From Ilumatobacteraceae bacterium (GTDB taxonomy: Bacteria > Actinomycetota > Acidimicrobiia > Acidimicrobiales > Ilumatobacteraceae), in contig JBMOFX010000001.1 of NCBI GenBank assembly GCA_049318665.1, positions 1 through 38,953 of the forward strand: a stretch of DNA of 38,953 nucleotides, written 5' to 3'. The translations under genes and the position numbers were made by a program. The notes beneath the pieces were generated by a model that saw only the letters and a program-made list of their open reading frames with translations, ran no database searches and was not told the origin of the DNA. The first letter of the stretch is position 1. The number at the start of each line of letters is the position of its first letter. Of the stretch, positions 18,943-25,843 are shown piece by piece.

Positions 18943-21279
18943 ATGAACCACACGATTCGCGACGCGCAGGCCGGCGACGGCATCGACCGCTCCACCCATT
19001 CGGGTTGGGCCGCGGGCGTCGTTGCGGTTGCGTCCGTGGTGTCGGTGATCGCGTTCACGTTGCTCGAGTGGGGTCACGCGCTCGCCACCGCGGCGCTCAT
19101 CCTGTTGGTGCCGACGCTGATGTTCGGCGCTCGAGCGCGTCGAACGCCTGCCCCGCTGCTGATCGCTGTCTGCGTCGGGTGTGCTGCATTCGGCGCCGCG
19201 TACCTCGGAGGGAACTGGTTCACCGACCGCGGTACCGGTCTCCTGGTGACGAATCTGCTGCTCTTGATCGGGCTCGCCTCAGCGATCGGTGGGATCGGGC
19301 TGCTGCTGCACTCCCGCCGCGGCACCGAGACCCTGTCGGTTCTCGGCGACTCGATCCTCGTGTGGCTTGGCAGTTGGCTCGTTGGTTGGGTGGCCGTCAG
19401 CCAGCCGATGGCCTCACACCACACCGACTCCGTCCTCAACATGCTCGTCGAGAGTCTCGTCTTCCCCACGGGCGCCGTCCTGCTGTTCATCACCACCGTG
19501 CTGCTGCTCGGACAACGTCGACCGAACCTCGCCGGCCAGTTCCTCGCGATCGCGATCGTGGCGATCGTCTGCAGTTCGGTGGTCCGCTTGCTGCAGATCT
19601 CCGGCCAGGTCAGCGATGTCCGAGCGCTGTCGGAGGCCGCGCTCGCCGTCGCAGTCATTGCGGTGGCGGTCTCGATCGTTCTCGGGGCCACCTCGCGAGG
19701 CGCACAGCCTTCCGGCCCGACTCGCACGCTCAGCCCCATGCGGCGTCAGGCACAGCTCGTCCTGACGACGGCGTCGCTCGTCTTTCCGGTGGTCGTGCTC
19801 GCCGCGAGTGGACCGAACAACGTCGGCGATCGGATCGCCCGCAGCATCGTTGCCTTCATCCTGGCCGTCGCGGTCATCTTGAGGGTCCTGCAGTCGATCC
19901 GCTCCTCCGCCAAGGCTCATGCCAATCTGCTGCGTCGCGCCCAGACCGATCCGCTCACGGGGCTCCCGAACCGGATGGTCGTGCTCGAGCGGATCTCGTC
20001 GTACGTTCACGAGTCGTGGTGCTCCGATCGCGTACCAACGGTCTTCTTCCTCGACCTCGATCGCTTCAAGAACATCAACGACAGCCTCGGCCACGCTGCC
20101 GGTGACGAGGTGCTCCGCATGGTCGGTCGACGACTGGTCGAGGCCGCTCCCAGCGGGGCAATGGTGGCGCGACTCTCCGGCGACGAGTACGTGATCCTCG
20201 ATCCGACCACGCCGTCGCTCACCGCCGCCGCGGCGGTCGCCGAACGACTGCTCGCCGTGTTCCACGATCCGTTCCCGCTCCCAGAGGGCGATGTGTTCGT
20301 CACCGCGAGCATCGGTGTCGCCTCGGTCGAGTCGGTCTCGGCCAAGCCCGACGACATCCTCCGCCACGCCGACACCGCCATGTACCGAGCCAAGGACGCG
20401 GGCCGCAACTGCGTCACCTTCTACAACGACACCATGCACCAATCCGCGGCACATCGACTCGCCGTCGAGACGGCGCTGTACCGCGCCATCGATCGAGAAG
20501 AGCTGCGGATGTTCCATCAGCCGATCCTCGATCTCGACACCGGTGATGTGGTGGGGTTCGAAGCGCTGATGCGGTGGGACCGCAGTGACGGATCGGTCGT
20601 GTCGCCCGCCGAGTTCATTCCCATCGCCGAGGACACGGGCACGATCCTGCAGATCGGCGCGTGGGCGCTGCTGGAGTCGCTCAACCAATTGCGTCGGTGG
20701 ATCGACGACGGTGTGTGCTCCCCCACCGCCACCATGTCGGTCAACGTCTCACCTCGCCAGCTCGCCGACCCCAACCTTCCCAGCATCATCCGCGAGGCGC
20801 TGGCGCTCTCGGGGGTCGACTCGAGCCTGCTGTGGGTCGAGATCACCGAGAGCGTGATGATCACCGAACCCGACGTCGCCCTGCGGACGCTGCAGCAACT
20901 CAAGGCGCTCGGCGTTCGAGTCGCGCTCGACGACTTCGGCACCGGCTACTCGTCGTTGTCGCTCCTGCGGCAGTTCCCGCTGCAGCGCCTCAAGATCGAC
21001 CGTGCGTTCGTCCAAGGTGTGGCCGACAATCCCAGTGATCGCTCGCTCGTACGGACCATCATCGCAATGGGCACGTCGCTCGGCCTCGACCTCGTCGCAG
21101 AGGGTGTCGAAACCCTGCAGCAGATGGAAGTCCTGCACAGCCTCGGCTGCCACAAGGCGCAGGGCTACCTCATCAGCCTTCCGGTTCCGGCAGACGCCAT
21201 GCGGTCGACCGTGTCGGCGTTGCAGCGGCTGGGCACCTACCCGCCGCTGCATGGAGCCGACCCCGTGGGCGCACGCTGA
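18943..21279 (+). CDS. membrane-bound GGDEF-EAL c-di-GMP signalling protein
   Basis: About 10 predicted TM helices (residues about 20-325) precede a GGDEF domain (DPLTGLPNR, FLDLDRFKNINDSLGH) whose signature reads SGDEY. The EAL domain carries EALMRW, EITES, DDFGTGYSSL, KIDRAF, EGVET and KAQGY. Confidence 0.9.
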   Translation: MNHTIRDAQAGDGIDRSTHSGWAAGVVAVASVVSVIAFTLLEWGHALATAALILLVPTLMFGARARRTPAPLLIAVCVGCAAFGAAYLGGNWFTDRGTGLLVTNLLLLIGLASAIGGIGLLLHSRRGTETLSVLGDSILVWLGSWLVGWVAVSQPMASHHTDSVLNMLVESLVFPTGAVLLFITTVLLLGQRRPNLAGQFLAIAIVAIVCSSVVRLLQISGQVSDVRALSEAALAVAVIAVAVSIVLGATSRGAQPSGPTRTLSPMRRQAQLVLTTASLVFPVVVLAASGPNNVGDRIARSIVAFILAVAVILRVLQSIRSSAKAHANLLRRAQTDPLTGLPNRMVVLERISSYVHESWCSDRVPTVFFLDLDRFKNINDSLGHAAGDEVLRMVGRRLVEAAPSGAMVARLSGDEYVILDPTTPSLTAAAAVAERLLAVFHDPFPLPEGDVFVTASIGVASVESVSAKPDDILRHADTAMYRAKDAGRNCVTFYNDTMHQSAAHRLAVETALYRAIDREELRMFHQPILDLDTGDVVGFEALMRWDRSDGSVVSPAEFIPIAEDTGTILQIGAWALLESLNQLRRWIDDGVCSPTATMSVNVSPRQLADPNLPSIIREALALSGVDSSLLWVEITESVMITEPDVALRTLQQLKALGVRVALDDFGTGYSSLSLLRQFPLQRLKIDRAFVQGVADNPSDRSLVRTIIAMGTSLGLDLVAEGVETLQQMEVLHSLGCHKAQGYLISLPVPADAMRSTVSALQRLGTYPPLHGADPVGAR

Positions 21280-21294
21280 CGGCGATCCCCCGAG

Positions 21295-22296
21295 TCAGTC
21301 GCGGCGGCGACGGCGGCCCTCGCGCCCACCCTCGGCGTCAGCTGTGGGCATCGAGTTGGTGAGCGGTCCGATCAGGGTGATGATCTCGTCAACGGTCGGT
21401 CGAGCACCAGGAACCCGCTCGTCGAGTGCGAGACGCATGGCAGCGAGGTGTTCGGGGGACGTGCCACAACATCCGCCGACGATGCGTACACCCGTGTCAG
21501 CGGCGAGCCGCGCGTAGGTTCCCATCAGTTCAGGTGTGCCCGTGTACACGATCTCGGTGCCCTGGAAACGTGGGATGCCGCAGTTCCCTTTGGCGATGAT
21601 CGGGTGAGCACTTGGGTTCATCTCACCGACACTCACGAGGATGTCGGACGCTCCGACGCCGCAGTTGGCGCCGAACGCAACGGGCGGCACCTCGAGCCCA
21701 TCGAACACCTCGGCGAGCGCGCCGGGCATCAGACCCATCATCGTGCGCCCGGCGGTGTCGAATGAGCAGGTGGCGGTGTAGGGCATTGCTTCGGCGATGG
21801 CAGCTTCCGCTGCCGCACGAATCTCCTCCGCGGACGACATCGTCTCGATCCACACCACGTCGGCGCCGCCATCTTTCAGACCGCGGATCTGCTCGCGGAA
21901 GCTTGCCATCGCGACGTCGTGGGTGAGCGCACCCATCGGTTCGAAGAGCTCACCCGTCGGTCCGACGGAGCCGGCAACGACAACGGGGCGATCAGCGGCA
22001 TCGGCAACCTCACGCGCGAGTCGAGCGGCCAACGACGCGAGCTCGAACACCCGGTCCTGCGCGTGGTGCAACTTCAGCCGCTGTGCCGTGCCACCGAAGG
22101 AGTTGGTGAGGATGATGTCGGCACCTGCGTCGATGAAATCGCGAAACAAACCCTGGACGACCTCTGGTGCCTCTTCGTTCCACAACTCCGGCGCGTGCCC
22201 GGACGGCAGACCGCGCTGGAAGTAGTTGGTGCCGGTCGCTCCGTCGGCGAGCACGACGTCGTTGGTTGCCAGCAGTTCGGCGAGGGACGTTCGCAT
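21295..22296 (-). CDS. homocysteine S-methyltransferase family protein (betaine-homocysteine MTase-like / MetH N-domain-like)
   Basis: Lies in ORF 21295-22530; the likely start is ATG 22296 (MRTSLAELLATNDVVLADGATGTNY). The Pfam S-methyl_trans-type zinc cysteines are present (FGANCGVG and VGGCCGTSPEHL). It starts 10 nt after the HD gene stop. Confidence 0.8.
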   Translation of the reverse strand: MRTSLAELLATNDVVLADGATGTNYFQRGLPSGHAPELWNEEAPEVVQGLFRDFIDAGADIILTNSFGGTAQRLKLHHAQDRVFELASLAARLAREVADAADRPVVVAGSVGPTGELFEPMGALTHDVAMASFREQIRGLKDGGADVVWIETMSSAEEIRAAAEAAIAEAMPYTATCSFDTAGRTMMGLMPGALAEVFDGLEVPPVAFGANCGVGASDILVSVGEMNPSAHPIIAKGNCGIPRFQGTEIVYTGTPELMGTYARLAADTGVRIVGGCCGTSPEHLAAMRLALDERVPGARPTVDEIITLIGPLTNSMPTADAEGGREGRRRRRD

Positions 22297-22306
22297 GAAC
22301 CCCAGG

Positions 22307-22879
22307 TTACGCGGTGTATGCAGGATCGAACGGTGTGCGTGCGAAGACCTCGCGCACCATCGGCTCGAACGCTTCGAGCGGCAGCGTCGGATAGGTCGGA
22401 TCGAACGACGCCTGATCCCACCGCTCACAGAACATCGCACAGGTGTCGAACCACTCGTGCTCGCGGTGTTCATCGCGCGCGTGGGGGTCGAGGCCGCGAT
22501 GGTGGCCGTAGTACACCATCTGGAACGCACCGTGCATCAGCACGGTCCAGGTCACCTCGGCCCGCACGTACGGGCGGAGGATCGCTGCCGCCACCTGCGA
22601 GTGGTTGTCGGGAGCAAGGTCGTCGCCGATGTCGTGCAACAGGGCGCCGACGATCATGTCGATGTCGGCGCCGTCGGCCTGGGCCCTCGTGGCCGTCTGC
22701 AGCGAGTGCTCGAGACGCGTCACCTGGTACCCCGCGAGGCCATCATCGAGCTTGCGGAGCGATGCGAGCAGCCGATCGGGGAGCGCTCGCGCGTACTCCT
22801 GCTCGAGACCGTGGAGGAAGTCGTACTCCTCCTTCGTGCCGTCCTTCATCTGGCGGAATGCGACCTGGTCCATGGTCAC
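22307..22879 (-). CDS. HD-domain protein of the PhnZ/TmpB (mixed-valent diiron oxygenase) type
   Basis: 190 aa. The candidate metal ligands occur in the order H (RLEHSLQ), HD (ALLHDIGD), H (DNHSQV), H (VLMHGAF), D (CERWDQ). GTG 22879 overlaps the upstream stop (GTGA); an alternative ATG lies at 22873. Confidence 0.7.
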   Translation of the reverse strand: MTMDQVAFRQMKDGTKEEYDFLHGLEQEYARALPDRLLASLRKLDDGLAGYQVTRLEHSLQTATRAQADGADIDMIVGALLHDIGDDLAPDNHSQVAAAILRPYVRAEVTWTVLMHGAFQMVYYGHHRGLDPHARDEHREHEWFDTCAMFCERWDQASFDPTYPTLPLEAFEPMVREVFARTPFDPAYTA

Positions 22880-23988
22880 ACCTTCGCGCTCACGTCGGCA
22901 CGGGACAGCACGCGATAGCGGCTCGCCGGGGCATCGTGATCGATGTAGCAGCCCTGCAGGTGCCGAGCACCCTCCGCGGTGTCGTACGACGTCCGCCCGT
23001 GGAGCACGCGATCGTTCGAGAAGATCATCGCGTCGCCCGCATCGAGGCGGAAGGTGATCTCGAACTCCGGGTCGATGAGCAGCGACGCGAGGAGCCGCCT
23101 CGCCCGCTGGAAGGCCACGGTGTCTGCTGGCGACATGAGCGGCAGGTGATCGAGCTTCGGGCTGTAGTGCAGACCGGTCACCCGGCCGCGATGATCGACG
23201 GCGACGATCGGCCGATGCGACACCAGCGACGTGTCGGCATCGCGGAACGTGAACCGAACCACGGTGTCGGTGAGGAGCCGGAACGCGTGCTCATCGATCG
23301 CACGAAGCCGGTCGGTGACCGCGATCGCATCGACCAACGTTGACAACCCGCCACTCGTCTCGTTCACCAGGCAGTGCAGGAGCTGGATACCGGGGACGGG
23401 CTCGCGGTAGGGGTTGTCGGTGTGCGGGCCGAGGGCGATCGAACGGTACGCGAGGTCGTTCGAATCGGGTTCGGAACGCACGTCGAACATGACCCCGAAG
23501 TTGGTCTGCCTGACGTGTCCGAACAGCGACGCGATGTCGAGCACCGTCCCGTCGGTGGTGGGCGAGTCGTGGACCACGATGGTGCCGTAGGCGAGGAAGT
23601 CGTGGAGCGCCGCATGAAGGGCACCAACGTCGGCGGAGACAGCGCGCCAGTCGTGACGCGGCGGCGAACCCAGCGACGCCGTCCACGCGATCGGCTCGGG
23701 GCAGCGATCGTCCGGCACGAGCGCACTGGCAAGGAAGGCCGATGCGTAGGTTTCGCGATGTCCGTCGCTGAACTCGACGGTGACTGCGGAGTCCGTCACC
23801 GTCGCGTCAACGATGGTGAGGTCGGGGTCGAGCTGGTGGGGGTCGAACGTGCGTTGGTCGCTCACCAGATCGAGCTGCGTGGGGTCCTGCGTCCATTCGC
23901 GAAGCCACAGTGCGGGGACCGGTCGAGTGACACCATCAACGGTGACGACGAGCATTCGATCGGCCAGGGAGAACGAGATGTCGGGCAC
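22876..23988 (-). CDS. Fe(II)/2-oxoglutarate dioxygenase of the gamma-butyrobetaine hydroxylase / TmpA type (TauD superfamily) with DUF971-like N-domain
   Basis: 370 aa with a GTG start at 23988. The facial triad is HxD in LGPHTDNPY plus the distal His in RVLHGR, and an Arg follows 12 residues later. The N-terminal block VPALWLREW resembles the BBOX N-domain. A TACGAT hexamer ends 6 nt before the start. Confidence 0.75.
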   Translation of the reverse strand: MPDISFSLADRMLVVTVDGVTRPVPALWLREWTQDPTQLDLVSDQRTFDPHQLDPDLTIVDATVTDSAVTVEFSDGHRETYASAFLASALVPDDRCPEPIAWTASLGSPPRHDWRAVSADVGALHAALHDFLAYGTIVVHDSPTTDGTVLDIASLFGHVRQTNFGVMFDVRSEPDSNDLAYRSIALGPHTDNPYREPVPGIQLLHCLVNETSGGLSTLVDAIAVTDRLRAIDEHAFRLLTDTVVRFTFRDADTSLVSHRPIVAVDHRGRVTGLHYSPKLDHLPLMSPADTVAFQRARRLLASLLIDPEFEITFRLDAGDAMIFSNDRVLHGRTSYDTAEGARHLQGCYIDHDAPASRYRVLSRADVSAKV

Positions 23989-24018
23989 CGGGTCATCGTA
24001 GACACCGCGCCCCGCGCG

Positions 24019-25287
24019 TCACGCAGTGACACCCTTCGGTGCCTGCTGGTTCATGAAGCCGAACATGTACCCCGCCACGCGGCGCATCTGGATCTCCTCT
24101 GCGCCCTCGGTGATCCGGTACCTGCGGTGGTGTCGGTAGATGTGCTCGAACGCCTTGTGGCGCGAGTAACCGAGCCCTCCGTGCACCTGCATCGCGCGAT
24201 CGGCCGCCTCACAGCACAACCGGTTGGCCCAGTAATTGCACATCGAGACCTTGTCGCTCTGCGAGAACGCGCCGTACTTGTCCATCGACCAAGCGGTCTT
24301 GTGAATCAGCGCGCGGAGCATCTCGCACTGCGTCTGCAACTCGACCAGCGGGAACTGGATCGCCTGGTTCGAAGCGAGCGCCTTGCCGAACGGCTTGCGC
24401 TCTTTCGCGTACGCCACCGACTGGTCGATGCAGTACTGCGCGGCGCCGAGGCTCGATGCCGCCTGGCGGATGCGGTTCTCGTTGAAGAAGTGCTGCACCA
24501 CCTGCAAGCCGGTTCCCTCACCACCGAAGATCGCACCGTGCGGCACACGGACGTCGGTGAGGCGGATGTGGGCATGATCGGTGGGCATGTTGAAGGTCCA
24601 CAGGTATTCGAGGATCTCGAAACCCGGGCTCTTCGTCGGGACGAGGAACGCCGTGATGCCGTGGCCGTCGCCGGCCTTGCCGCTCGTGCGGGCCATGATC
24701 ATGTCGTACTGCGCCCGATGGATGCCGGTGTTCCAGGTCTTCTCGCCGTTGATCACCCACTCGTCACCGTCGCGGACCGCGGTGGTCTCCATGTGGGTCG
24801 CGTCGGAGCCGTGAGCCGGCTCGGTGATCCCGAAGGCGAAGCCCTTCCGCCCTTCGGCGAGATCGTCGATCCACTCGGCCTTCTGGTCGTCGGTGCCGTA
24901 GGCGATCATCAGCAGCAAACCGACGTTGTTGCCGACGATCGAGTGCTCGTTCTGGAGGTCGTTGTGGAGACCGAGGCCCTGGCGAGCGAAGTGCTCACGG
25001 ATGATCGCCATGCCGAGGTTCGTGCCGTCCTGACCGCCGTACTCCTTCGGGAGCGGATAGCGGTAGTGGCCCGCAGCGTCGGCCCGGCGTCGAGCTTCGT
25101 GGAGCAGCGCCTCCCACGTGTCGTTGGGAAGCCCGCCGCGCTCCCAGTCGGTGCGGGCGTCTTCGCGCCGATGGTCGAAGAAGCGGATGTTGTCATCCTG
25201 CTGTTCGAGCGGCTTGATCTCACGCTCGATGAAGTCGTCCAGCACGATGAGGTAGTCGGTGAGCTCCTGGGGCAGGTCGAAGTCCAT
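24019..25287 (-). CDS. acyl-CoA dehydrogenase
   Basis: 422 aa. ACAD blocks are present: GFAFGITEPAHGSDA, WVINGEKTWNTG, and the C-terminal QVHGGLGYS...YRITEGAEEIQ. Confidence 0.9.
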   Translation of the reverse strand: MDFDLPQELTDYLIVLDDFIEREIKPLEQQDDNIRFFDHRREDARTDWERGGLPNDTWEALLHEARRRADAAGHYRYPLPKEYGGQDGTNLGMAIIREHFARQGLGLHNDLQNEHSIVGNNVGLLLMIAYGTDDQKAEWIDDLAEGRKGFAFGITEPAHGSDATHMETTAVRDGDEWVINGEKTWNTGIHRAQYDMIMARTSGKAGDGHGITAFLVPTKSPGFEILEYLWTFNMPTDHAHIRLTDVRVPHGAIFGGEGTGLQVVQHFFNENRIRQAASSLGAAQYCIDQSVAYAKERKPFGKALASNQAIQFPLVELQTQCEMLRALIHKTAWSMDKYGAFSQSDKVSMCNYWANRLCCEAADRAMQVHGGLGYSRHKAFEHIYRHHRRYRITEGAEEIQMRRVAGYMFGFMNQQAPKGVTA

Positions 25288-25359
25288 GACCGGACCCTAC
25301 GGAACCACCTCCGACCACATCGTGCTGGACGGCGTCAGCCGCTCATGCGGCCGCTGCTG

Positions 25360-25752
25360 TCAGGCGAGCAGCTTTGCCTTCTGTGCCGCGAACTCGGCGT
25401 CGGACAGCACACCCTTCGCGTGAAGATCGGCGAGCGTCGCCAGATCCTGCGCGGTGCTGCCGGTGGTCGCGGTCTGCTGCACGTACGAGCGGAAGGCCTG
25501 CTCCGACTGCTGGGCCCGCTCGATCTGACGCTCGGCCATCCCGCCGCCTCGGGCGATCAGGTACACGAACACACCCAGATAGGGAACCACGATGATCACG
25601 ATCGTCCACAGTGCCTTGCCGCCGCCGGACAGGCTCCGGTCGCGGATGATGTCGCCGAACACATTGATCACCAGCATGATCCACAGGAAGAACAGGAAGA
25701 ACCAGATCAGGGACCAGAGAACCTGACCCACACCCCACGTCGCTGCCAACAT
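25360..25752 (-). CDS. small membrane protein: PLDc_N (2 TM) domain fused to a C-terminal SHOCT domain
   Basis: Lies in ORF 25360-26154; ATG 25752 has GAGGAG 7 nt upstream. It has two TM helices (VLWSLIWFFLFFLWIMLVINVF and ALWTIVIIVVPYLGVFVYLIA) with the PLDc_N-like DIIRDR...K..W motif. The SHOCT tail reads LADLHAKGVLSDAEFAAQKAKLL. Confidence 0.75.
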   Translation of the reverse strand: MLAATWGVGQVLWSLIWFFLFFLWIMLVINVFGDIIRDRSLSGGGKALWTIVIIVVPYLGVFVYLIARGGGMAERQIERAQQSEQAFRSYVQQTATTGSTAQDLATLADLHAKGVLSDAEFAAQKAKLLA

Positions 25753-25843
25753 CGTTGTACTCCTCGTCTCGGGTACCGAACCATCGGCACCGCTCGTGGT
25801 GAGAGTACGGCACGCGGCGGGTCCGGTTCGTAATGTGCCGTGG

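Noticed and set aside
18902-18946. 14-codon upstream ORF (MTRPRAAWRTGADG) whose TGA overlaps the GGDEF-EAL start codon (ATGA)
   Set aside because: It has no SD and no correctly spaced -10 hexamer, and its composition is nondescript. Such short ORFs arise by chance, so it is not reported without ribosome-profiling or conservation evidence.
24019-25287. Acyl-CoA dehydrogenase as a CaiA-like partner of the BBOX-like gene (carnitine/gamma-butyrobetaine pathway)
   Set aside because: The dioxygenase has its own -10-like hexamer and a 30-nt gap after the ACAD gene. The HD-domain partner fits the phosphonate (TmpA/TmpB) model better. No CaiB/CaiC/CaiD-type genes are present, and the ACAD looks like a generic FadE type.
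23374-25833. 819-aa plus-strand ORF spanning three annotated minus-strand genes
   Set aside because: It is the antisense shadow frame of the dioxygenase, acyl-CoA dehydrogenase and SHOCT genes. The translation is Arg/Val/Gly/Asp-rich with no recognisable motifs, whereas the opposite strand gives textbook ACAD and TauD-type sequences. Long stop-free antisense frames are expected at this GC content.
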